57,162 nt of DNA from Rhodospirillales bacterium (GTDB lineage: Bacteria; Pseudomonadota; Alphaproteobacteria; Rhodospirillales; 2-02-FULL-58-16). Shown here piece after piece: positions 42,155-50,152 of the stretch. The first letter of the stretch is position 1; every line of letters begins with the position of its first letter. Location of the stretch: assembly GCA_036012725.1 (NCBI GenBank), contig DASCPW010000052.1, forward strand, positions 1 to 57,162, written 5' to 3'. A model generated the notes under the pieces. That model was not told the DNA's origin. It searched no databases and saw nothing but the letters and a program-made list of their open reading frames with translations. The position numbers and the translations under genes are program-made.

Positions 42155-43183
42155 ATGACCAAAACGCCCGAACGTACCGATGTGGCGATTATCGGCGCTG
42201 GCCCCGCCGGTTTGTTCGCCGTTTTCGAATGCGGCATGATGAACATGCGCTGTCATGTCATTGATGTGCTGGAGGCCGTCGGCGGCCAATGTCAGGCCCT
42301 CTACCCGGATAAACCCATTTTTGACATTCCCGGCCACACCAGGATCCTGGCCAGCGATTTAGTGATGAAGCTGGAACAGCAGGCGGCACCGTTCGATCCC
42401 GCCTATCATCTAGGCCAACAGGTGGTCAAGCTAGCGCAGAGGGAACAGGGGCGCTGGCTGCTGGAAACCTCGCGGGACATTTTGATCGACGCCCAAGTGG
42501 TATTCGTCGCCGCCGGGGTCGGGGCGTTCGGCCCCAAGCGGCCGCCGCTTCAAGGTATTGAGCGGTTCGAGGGCAAAGGTATCCATTACCTGGTCAAAAA
42601 CCGCGAGGGTTTTCGGGGGAAAAAAGTAGTCATCGCCGGCGGCGGCGATTCGGCGGTGGACTGGGCGATTTCGCTCTCCGAGCTGGCGGCGAAGGTTTCC
42701 GTGGTCCATCGGCGGACCAAGTTCCGCGCCGCGCCGGCCAGCGCCGAGAAGCTGCAAAAGCTGGCCGATGTTGGCGCCGTCGATCTGGTGATCCCCTTTC
42801 AGCTGGCCGCCATCGAGGGCGATGGCGACAGTTTGAAGGCGATCATCGTCCACGACCTTGACGGAAACGAAAGACGCCTGGAGGCTGACGCGTTGCTGTC
42901 CTTTTTCGGCCTATCACAGAACCTTGGGCCTATCGCCGATTGGGAGCTCAACCTGAACGACAGTTTGATCGCCGTCAATCCGGGGACCAGCGCCACCAAC
43001 AAGCCAGGTATTTTCGCCATCGGCGATATCGCCACGTATCCGGGCAAGGTAAAATTGATCCTGAGCGGCTTCGCCGAAGCGGCGCAAGCGGCGCACGCCG
43101 CCCATTCCCTGGTCCATCCAGACGAGGAGTTACATTTTGAGCACTCTTCCATCAAGGGCGTGCCGGGCAATAGGTTGAAGTGA
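42155..43183 (+). CDS. ferredoxin-NADP+ reductase, thioredoxin-reductase-like type
   Basis: The track ORF starts at 42026; the credible start is 42155 (MTKTPERTDVAIIGAGPAGLFAVFECG). A second Rossmann motif IAGGGDSAVDWA is present and there is no CxxC redox motif, as in TrxR-like FNRs. Confidence 0.85.
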   Translation: MTKTPERTDVAIIGAGPAGLFAVFECGMMNMRCHVIDVLEAVGGQCQALYPDKPIFDIPGHTRILASDLVMKLEQQAAPFDPAYHLGQQVVKLAQREQGRWLLETSRDILIDAQVVFVAAGVGAFGPKRPPLQGIERFEGKGIHYLVKNREGFRGKKVVIAGGGDSAVDWAISLSELAAKVSVVHRRTKFRAAPASAEKLQKLADVGAVDLVIPFQLAAIEGDGDSLKAIIVHDLDGNERRLEADALLSFFGLSQNLGPIADWELNLNDSLIAVNPGTSATNKPGIFAIGDIATYPGKVKLILSGFAEAAQAAHAAHSLVHPDEELHFEHSSIKGVPGNRLK

Positions 43184-43205
43184 GAGTTAATTCGGTGACA
43201 GCATA

Positions 43206-45545
43206 CTAATTTCCCATTTCCTCCGTCCCCATTTCGCCAAGGGGCGCCTCCGCCGGCAAGCGGCATGTAACGGTGGTTCCCTTGCCGGGAGCCGATTTGA
43301 CCTCGACTCGGCCGCCGTGCAGCTCTATGAAGCGCTTGACCAGCGGCAAGCCCAGGCCGGCGCCACCCGGACGCGAGACCCAATCCTGGAGCTTCGCGGC
43401 AGCGCCACTTTCGAAGGTTTCGAATATCCTTTGCCGATCCCTTTCCGGAATACCGATCCCGGAATCGGCGACAATGAGCAGAACCTCGCTTCCTTGCCGC
43501 GCCGCCTGCAAACGGATACGGCCGCGTGGCGGCGTAAATTCAACGGCGTTGCCAAGCAAGTTGAATAGGACTTGTTTGAGGCGTCTCTCGTCGGCGACGA
43601 GCCAGCCGATGCCGGGCGGGCAATCGAGATCCACTTTCAGGGACTTGCGCCGCGCCCGTTCACGGATCAGCCCGAGGACCGAAGCCAGCATGCAGTGAAG
43701 ATCCACCGTATCGAGCTCCAGCGTCATCATTCCGGCCTCGATTGTGGCTAAATCAAGAATGTCCTCGACGACCGACATCAAGCCTTGAGAAGCCTCGAGG
43801 ATACTATGGCAATATTCATTCTGGCGCTTGTTGAGCTTGCCGAAATGATCACCGCAAAGTACATCAGCGAAACCGATGATGGAGGTCAATGGCGTACGAA
43901 TCTCGTAAGAAACATTGGCGATGAACTCGGATTTCAGGCGCCCGGCCTCTTCAAGAGCCTCGGCCCTTTGCCGCAACGCCACCTCCACCCTGGCACCGTC
44001 TGTAACGTCCAGGTAGCTCAACAAGATCGCCCCATCCGGCAAGGGAACATTGGCATAATCCACAACCGAGCCGTCACTCCTCGGCAGCCGCCCGGAACTG
44101 GGCTGGCGATCGATCAGCCGGGCGATGATCCTATTTTTGTGGGCTTGCCAGTCGTCAACGACGGGGAGTAACGGCCGCATTGTCTCGATGACGTCAGCCA
44201 TGTGCGGCTCGTCCGATAAATTATCTTCGCGCAAACTCCACAGTTTGGCGAAAACGGGATTGGCAAGTTTCAAGCGGCCGTCGCTGGTAAAAACGACGAC
44301 ACCTTCATAGAGGTTGTCCAGGGTCTCGCCCTGAACGGCGATGAGCGAGTTGTAGGACCGCTCAAGGGCCAGGCGCTTGGAGACGTCTTCATAGGAAAAA
44401 ACCAGGCCGCCCGGCCCGTGGGGGCCAACGACGACACGAAATGTGCCGCCGTCGGGAAGATGGATCAAGGACCGTGCCGGCTCGGCAAGGATTCTGAACT
44501 GAGCCAGTTGTTGTTCCTTGAAGGCTCGGAAATCAGCGACTTCCGGCAACCGCCTTTGTTCACGCAGGCGCTCTAAAATCTCACCCAATGTCGGTTTTGC
44601 GGCCAGCCAGCTCTCATCCAGGCCCCACAACTCGGCGTAAGAGCTGTTGCAGAAGCCCAAGCGGCCATCGGCGTCAAAAACGGCGATGCCGATGGCCAGG
44701 GTATCTAGTACCCGGTCCCGCGCCTGAACGTCACGGCTATCGTCTTCCGTCAACAGTTCCCGGCGCGAAGGCTCAAATGCGTATCCCAGGATTCCGGTCC
44801 AACCTTTGACGGGAGTTTCGGTTACTTCCAACAGGCGCGCCTCCTCGCCCAGTTTCAGGAGGCGGCTCTCGGCCAGCGGCTTTCCTTCCGCCTTGGCCCG
44901 TGCCGCTAGGTCGCTCGCCGTTTCGGCGACGACTTGGCCTTCACAAGCACGGTTGGTGAAGGCAAGCCCCAGGTCGGCACCGCGTAGCCAGACGGGCAGA
45001 GGCAGGGCGTCGAGGAGGGCACGAAAATGGTCGCCGTCGTCACCAACGGCAGCGTCATCGGTTTGGTTCTCCGCGCCTAAGCGCATCCATAAAAGATCGG
45101 CCAGGGAGTGGCCGTCGGGACAACAAGCGCGGACCCCGATGATTCGCATCATCCGCTGACCGCCGGCGACGGCCGCCGGCAACATCAGGTCGAATCCGCT
45201 GCCGTCGCGGCGCAGAAACTCGACGGCCCGGTCCAGGTCCGCCGCCTCCTGGTTCCGAAAACAACCGCGGATGTCGGAATAATTGGAATCGGTCCCGTTC
45301 GCCAGATCGAGGAGCACGGCGAGACGGCGCGAACAGGTCTCGCCACCGCCTTGATGATCCCAAAGAAAAAATCCGTCGGGCGCCGCCGCCAGGGCTTCAC
45401 GCCACAGGGAAGCCACGCCGGCGAGAGAGCGGCGGTCGTCATCCGCCGCCCGCAGCCGCCGCCACAGCCACAGCGCCAGTGGCGTTAATGCCGCCGCGCC
45501 GAGAACGAAGGCAACGGCGTCACCCATGTCAATATCCGTGAGCAC
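43206..45545 (-). CDS. membrane-anchored multi-PAS sensor histidine kinase
   Basis: 779-aa ORF with an N-terminal TM segment, repeated PAS-like segments, the H-box VSYEIRTPLTSI, N-box LFNLLGNAVEF and G-boxes DSGIGIP and GGAGLGLPL. Confidence 0.9.
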   Translation of the reverse strand: MLTDIDMGDAVAFVLGAAALTPLALWLWRRLRAADDDRRSLAGVASLWREALAAAPDGFFLWDHQGGGETCSRRLAVLLDLANGTDSNYSDIRGCFRNQEAADLDRAVEFLRRDGSGFDLMLPAAVAGGQRMMRIIGVRACCPDGHSLADLLWMRLGAENQTDDAAVGDDGDHFRALLDALPLPVWLRGADLGLAFTNRACEGQVVAETASDLAARAKAEGKPLAESRLLKLGEEARLLEVTETPVKGWTGILGYAFEPSRRELLTEDDSRDVQARDRVLDTLAIGIAVFDADGRLGFCNSSYAELWGLDESWLAAKPTLGEILERLREQRRLPEVADFRAFKEQQLAQFRILAEPARSLIHLPDGGTFRVVVGPHGPGGLVFSYEDVSKRLALERSYNSLIAVQGETLDNLYEGVVVFTSDGRLKLANPVFAKLWSLREDNLSDEPHMADVIETMRPLLPVVDDWQAHKNRIIARLIDRQPSSGRLPRSDGSVVDYANVPLPDGAILLSYLDVTDGARVEVALRQRAEALEEAGRLKSEFIANVSYEIRTPLTSIIGFADVLCGDHFGKLNKRQNEYCHSILEASQGLMSVVEDILDLATIEAGMMTLELDTVDLHCMLASVLGLIRERARRKSLKVDLDCPPGIGWLVADERRLKQVLFNLLGNAVEFTPPRGRIRLQAARQGSEVLLIVADSGIGIPERDRQRIFETFESGAAAKLQDWVSRPGGAGLGLPLVKRFIELHGGRVEVKSAPGKGTTVTCRLPAEAPLGEMGTEEMGN

Positions 45546-45651
45546 CGGTGAATCTTATGCGCGAAGTGGTACCGCCGTCGAGGGAATCGATATCCATCTG
45601 GTAAAATCATGACGGAGCAATCACCAGGCGGCCGGCCCATTTTCCCGTCCA

Positions 45652-45671
45652 GGCGGGGCTCCTTCCCCGCC
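45652..45671 (-). terminator. GC-rich hairpin (GGCGGGG-loop-CCCCGCC) directly after the ahcY stop; possible terminator without a U-tract
   Basis: A perfect 7-bp stem with a 6-nt loop lies 1 nt downstream of the ahcY stop codon (45673-45675). No T-run follows on the minus strand, so confidence is low. Confidence 0.35.
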
Positions 45672-45672
45672 G

Positions 45673-46968
45673 TCAGTAACGGTAGTAATCAGGCTTGAAG
45701 GGGCCGTCCGGGGATACGCCGATATATTCGGCCTGCTTCGGGTTCAGTTTGGTCAGATGGGCGCCCAGCTTGCCCAAATGCAAGGCCGCCACCTTTTCGT
45801 CCAAATCCTTGGGCAGCTGGTAGACCTTTTTTTTGTATTTGCCGGGATTGTTCCACAGCTCGATCTGCGCCAATACCTGGTTGGTGAACGAGGCCGACAT
45901 GACAAAACTGGGATGGCCGGTGGCGCAGCCAAGGTTGACCAACCGGCCCTCGGCAAGAAGGATCAGGCGCTTGCCGCCGGGGAATTCGATTTCATCGACC
46001 TGCGGCTTGACGTTATGCCATTTGAAGTTACGCAAATCTCCAACCTGGATCTCGGAATCGAAGTGGCCGATGTTGCAAACGATGGCCCGATCCTTCATCC
46101 GGCGCATATGGCCGAGCGTAATGACGTCGACGTTGCCGGTGGCGGTGACGAAGATATCGCCGCGAGACGCGGCCTCGTCCATGGACACCACTTCGAAACC
46201 TTCCATGGACGCTTGCAGGGCACAGATTGGATCGATCTCGGTGATCATCACCCGCGCCCCCTGGCCGGCAAGAGACTTCGCCGATCCCTTGCCGACATCA
46301 CCATAGCCGCAGACGACGGCAACCTTACCGGCCAGCATCACGTCGGTGGCGCGTTTGATGCCGTCGACAAGGCTCTCGCGGCAGCCGTAGAGGTTGTCGA
46401 ACTTGGATTTGGTTACCGAATCGTTGACGTTGAAGGCCGGCGCCTTGAGCGTGCCTTCCCTGGCCATTTCGTAAAGGCGATGGACACCGGTCGTGGTCTC
46501 CTCCGAAATGCCGCGCACCTCGGCCGCCAGCGAGGCATACTTTTGGTGCAAGACGGCGGTGAGATCGCCGCCGTCATCCAGAATCATGTTCGGACGCCAG
46601 CCGTCTGGCCCGTTAATGGTCTGTTCAATGGACCACCAAAACTCTTCCTCGGTTTCGCCCTTCCAGGCAAAAACTGGGATGGCTTGGGCGGCGATGGCGG
46701 CGGCGGCATGATCCTGGGTCGAGAAGATGTTGCACGAGCTCCAGCGAACTTCGGCTCCCAGCCGGAGCAAGGTCTCGATGAGAACCGCCGTTTGGATCGT
46801 CATATGCAGGCAGCCGGCGATGCGTGCGCCTCGCAGCGGTTGTTGAGCGGCGTATTCCTCGCGCAAGGCCATCAAGCCCGGCATTTCGGTCTCGGCGATG
46901 GCGGTTTCCTTGCTTCCCCAATCGGCCAGCGAAATATCGGCGACCTTAAAATCGGCAAACGAGCTCAT
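45673..46968 (-). CDS. ahcY: adenosylhomocysteinase
   Basis: 431-aa ORF with the NAD-binding motif [12 protein letters not shown] and typical SAHH sequence ([19 protein letters not shown]-terminus). Confidence 0.97.
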   Translation of the reverse strand: MSSFADFKVADISLADWGSKETAIAETEMPGLMALREEYAAQQPLRGARIAGCLHMTIQTAVLIETLLRLGAEVRWSSCNIFSTQDHAAAAIAAQAIPVFAWKGETEEEFWWSIEQTINGPDGWRPNMILDDGGDLTAVLHQKYASLAAEVRGISEETTTGVHRLYEMAREGTLKAPAFNVNDSVTKSKFDNLYGCRESLVDGIKRATDVMLAGKVAVVCGYGDVGKGSAKSLAGQGARVMITEIDPICALQASMEGFEVVSMDEAASRGDIFVTATGNVDVITLGHMRRMKDRAIVCNIGHFDSEIQVGDLRNFKWHNVKPQVDEIEFPGGKRLILLAEGRLVNLGCATGHPSFVMSASFTNQVLAQIELWNNPGKYKKKVYQLPKDLDEKVAALHLGKLGAHLTKLNPKQAEYIGVSPDGPFKPDYYRY

Positions 46969-47129
46969 CGGGGCTATCTCCTGCTACTCAGAGCAAATTC
47001 AGATTAATTGCAATCGCCAAAGGCTTCTCATCAATCTGGAGAATTTGCTCTAACTTAATTGTTGTAGAGTGGGCGGGAAGGGGTCTTAGCAGCCACGAGT
47101 TCCAACCGCAAGGTTGAAAAGGCACGCGT

Positions 47130-47778
47130 TCACCCCAAGGCGTTGAAGTCATCCAGCAACATGGCGATGCGGCCGGAATCCATTTGGTCCATGATGATCT
47201 GGGCGCGGCGGTTGGCGGCGACCAGGTCCATTTCCCGGATACGCTGCTTGACCCGGGGAATGTTGGCGGGAATCATCGAAAGCTCCCGAAAACCGAGGCC
47301 CAGAAGAAGGGCCGTATAACGGGGATCTCCCGCCATTTCTCCACAGATGGAGACAGGGATGCGGGCGTGAAGCGCGGCTTCGGCGGAGAACTGAATCAGC
47401 CGCAATACCGCCGGGTGCAGGGGGTCGTAAAGGTGCGCCACATGTTCGTCGCCGCGGTCGATGGCCAGCGTGTACATGGTCAGATCGTTTGACCCGACGG
47501 CAAAAAAAATCACTGGCCTGGGCCAGTGCGTCGGCCGAAAGCGCCGCCGCCGGACCCGGCATGGTCCCAGCCTTGGCGCGGAGACGGCCGATTTGCCTGC
47601 GGGCACGGCCGACGGCACCATTAAAGCGTTCGCATTCAGCCGCCACTTTGCCTGCGGCAGTACGATACTCGGGCACAGGAATAGCGCCGCTTTCACGAAA
47701 ATGGACGACTCCTTTCCCGATTCCCGGGGAAACGCCCAAGCCTTCAAAACTACGCTCCTTGCTTGGTTTCTTGGCCAT
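47130..47778 (-). pseudogene. ptsI: remnant of PTS enzyme I (ptsI): N-terminal ~70 aa fused to C-terminal ~140 aa, plus a frameshift in a T8/A8 run (47502-47509)
   Basis: One frame reads MAKKPSKERSFEGLGVSPGIGKGVVHF...ECERFNGAVGRARRQIGRLRAKAG|TMPGPAAALSADALAQASDFF. The next frame reads AVGSNDLTMYTLAIDRGDEHVAHLYDPLHPAVL...ICGEMAGDPRYTALLLGLGFRELSM. The phospho-His (GGRTSH) domain and most of the PEP-binding barrel are absent. Confidence 0.8.
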
Positions 47779-47791
47779 GAAACCGGCGGCT

Positions 47792-48040
47792 TCAGCCCTC
47801 GTCAAATTCGGCTTCGATGAGCAGGCACAGCGCATCGAGAGCCTGCTTTGCCTGACGGCCGGTAATTTTGATTTCTATATTGCTTCCCTGTGCCGCCGTC
47901 AACATCATCAGGCCCATGATGGAAACCCCGGAAACCGTTTGCTCCCCTTTGCTGACGGAAACCGTGGCGTCGAAACAGCTGGCCAACTTGACAAATTTGG
48001 CGGCGGCGCGGGCATGAAGACCGCGTTGGTTTCTGATCAT
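47792..48040 (-). CDS. ptsH: HPr-family phosphocarrier protein (NPr-like)
   Basis: The core MIRNQRGLHARAAAKFVKLA...VSGVSIMGLMMLTAAQG carries both the His-15-type and Ser-46-type sites. The open frame continues upstream to an ATG at 48208, which overlaps the EIIA stop as ATGA, so the true start is uncertain. Confidence 0.85.
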   Translation of the reverse strand: MIRNQRGLHARAAAKFVKLASCFDATVSVSKGEQTVSGVSIMGLMMLTAAQGSNIEIKITGRQAKQALDALCLLIEAEFDEG

Positions 48041-48204
48041 GGCGGCACACTTTACCTTGCCGCCCCTAACCGGGACGCAACCACCGGCGGCGCTGGGTTT
48101 TTGCTTCCTGCCGGGACGATGAGAGGCGATCCCGCCCCTATTGGACCTGTTCGCCGCTCCGCATCGCGGCCGCGCCCGTTCCGAGCTCGCCACCGCGTCT
48201 CTCT

Positions 48205-48612
48205 TCATTCCCCGTCCTTGGCTAAAAGTTGCGAGGCGATATTGATGTATTTGCGACCTGCTTCCTGAGCGCTGGTGGCGGTTTCGGCCATGGATCCCGA
48301 CGCGCGGACGCTGACCAGCTTGATCAACATCGGCAGGTTGACTCCAGCGATCACCTCAACATTGGCTTTGTCCATGATTGAGATGGCCAGGTTGGAAGGC
48401 GTTCCGCCAAACATATCGGTCAGCAGCACGACCCCGTTTCCTTTGTCGGCTTTGGCGACGTTCTCCAGAATATGACCTCGGCGTTCCTCCATATCATCGT
48501 CGGGGCCGATGCAAACGGTGGCGATATCCGTTTGCGGACCGACCACATGCTCCAACGCGGCGACCAGTTCCTCGGCTAGACGGCCGTGGGTAACAAGAAT
48601 CATTCCGATCAT
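48205..48612 (-). CDS. PTS EIIA component, mannose family
   Basis: The credible start is 48612 (MIGMILVTHGRLAEEL, with the active-site His in VTHG); the track ORF starts at 48786. It sits in the conserved position between rapZ and HPr. Confidence 0.88.
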   Translation of the reverse strand: MIGMILVTHGRLAEELVAALEHVVGPQTDIATVCIGPDDDMEERRGHILENVAKADKGNGVVLLTDMFGGTPSNLAISIMDKANVEVIAGVNLPMLIKLVSVRASGSMAETATSAQEAGRKYINIASQLLAKDGE

Positions 48613-48643
48613 AATTTTTTTAACCTCAAGGCAAGCTTTGCCG

Positions 48644-49582
48644 TTACAAATCCCTGTGATTAAGGCGGACCTGCTGGTTCTGTTCACGCAACCAGGCCGC
48701 CAGTTTCTCGACGATGAAAACCGAGCGGTGGCGCCCGCCCGTACAGCCCACCGCAATAGTGAGATAACTCTTACCCTCGGCGGCATAACGCGGCAAGAGC
48801 GGTTGCAAAAGCTTGGTCAATCCTTCAAAGAATTGCTGAAACCCCGCGTCCGCGGAAATAAAATCGGCGATTTCGCGATCCTTACCCGTCAGCGATTTCA
48901 GATTAGGATCATAATGAGGGTTATCGAGAAAGCGCACATCGAACACCAGATCGGCTTCTCGGGGAAGCCCCTGGCGGAACGAAAACGAGATGACGAAAAC
49001 GGCCAGCCCTTGCTTGCCGGCCTGTTCGAAATGGCCCTGCAAAATTCCTTTCAGTTCCCCCGGCGCCAGTCCGGTGGTATCAATGACAATATCGGCACGG
49101 CCGCGCAAGAGCGACATCAAACGGCGTTCATGCTCGATTCCATCGCTGACCGGGCGGTCCTGAGCGAGGGGATGGCGATGTCGGGTTTCCATGTAACGAC
49201 GGCGCAGTTCGTCGTCATCGCAGTCCAGAAACACCACTTTGACCTCGAGAGCGTTTACGGAAACCAGATGGTCCAGTTTGTTAAGGAACGACTCGACTCC
49301 GAAATCGCGGGTACGGATGTCGATGCCGATAGCGATGGAACGCTGAAAATCGCCGCCGACGAGTACCTGCTGGGCCGGGACCACCAAGCTGCCAATGAGT
49401 GACAGCGGCATGTTATCCACCGCCTCATAGTCCAAATCCTCAAGGGATTTAAGAGCCGAGGTTTTGCCCGCCCCCGACATACCCGTGATCAATAGCACAT
49501 GCCTCGTGCCGGCATTCCCCACAGCCACGGTTCCCCCTTCGGCTTGCTCGAAAGGGGGGATGGGAATGGCTTTGTCGCTCAT
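48644..49582 (-). CDS. rapZ: RNase adapter protein RapZ (YhbJ)
   Basis: 312-aa ORF with the P-loop GMSGAGKTSAL and the C-terminal motif IAVGCTGGRHRSV. Confidence 0.93.
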   Translation of the reverse strand: MSDKAIPIPPFEQAEGGTVAVGNAGTRHVLLITGMSGAGKTSALKSLEDLDYEAVDNMPLSLIGSLVVPAQQVLVGGDFQRSIAIGIDIRTRDFGVESFLNKLDHLVSVNALEVKVVFLDCDDDELRRRYMETRHRHPLAQDRPVSDGIEHERRLMSLLRGRADIVIDTTGLAPGELKGILQGHFEQAGKQGLAVFVISFSFRQGLPREADLVFDVRFLDNPHYDPNLKSLTGKDREIADFISADAGFQQFFEGLTKLLQPLLPRYAAEGKSYLTIAVGCTGGRHRSVFIVEKLAAWLREQNQQVRLNHRDL

Positions 49583-49637
49583 ACTTTTCCTGTTGGCGCC
49601 GAACCCGGAACCTCACCTTAGGCTAGGCAATACATGT

Positions 49638-50072
49638 TCATGGGACGTGCATTATAGTGTCTTTGGCGATTTGCAAGGCAAGGCGAACCTTAGGCACGGC
49701 TGAAATCTCGAACGGATTCAGCTTAAACGCGGGAAGAGAAACCCCAAGGTAATGAAAAATTTCGGGTTCGGGCAAGCGCTCCATTTCGGTTTCCGGGACC
49801 AGTTCTATCGCCAGGCCGAGTACAACGTCGGGGCAACAGCCCATCCGCAAAACGCCCAGCCCGCGCACTTCCATAAGGCCGGCGATAGCTGAGGGCGCAT
49901 AAGCAAGGAGCTTTCCCTCGCGAACATCCAGCTCGGTATAGTCATCGGCGACCAGGTGGGCGCCGCCGTCGATCAGACGCAAGGCCAGGTCCGATTTACC
50001 GCTGCCAGGGGGGCCGCGCAAAAGAACACCCGTGCTGTCAATTTCAACGCAAGTGGCGTGAATCCGATCCAT
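49638..50072 (-). CDS. hprK: HPr kinase/phosphorylase, short alphaproteobacterial form (catalytic C-domain only)
   Basis: 144-aa ORF with the P-loop GPPGSGKSDLALRL and MEVRGLG. Confidence 0.9.
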   Translation of the reverse strand: MDRIHATCVEIDSTGVLLRGPPGSGKSDLALRLIDGGAHLVADDYTELDVREGKLLAYAPSAIAGLMEVRGLGVLRMGCCPDVVLGLAIELVPETEMERLPEPEIFHYLGVSLPAFKLNPFEISAVPKVRLALQIAKDTIMHVP

Positions 50073-50152
50073 GACAACAAAGCGTGAAGCTACAAATTCC
50101 CGCTGTCAACCGGCAACGGCAAAAGCACCCCATGTCTGGATGGCTGGGGGTG

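Noticed and set aside
46969-47129. An SAH riboswitch upstream of ahcY.
   Set aside because: I could not find the conserved SAH-riboswitch core or pseudoknot sequences on the mRNA strand; only a generic AT-rich hairpin is present. A covariance-model scan is needed for a definitive answer.
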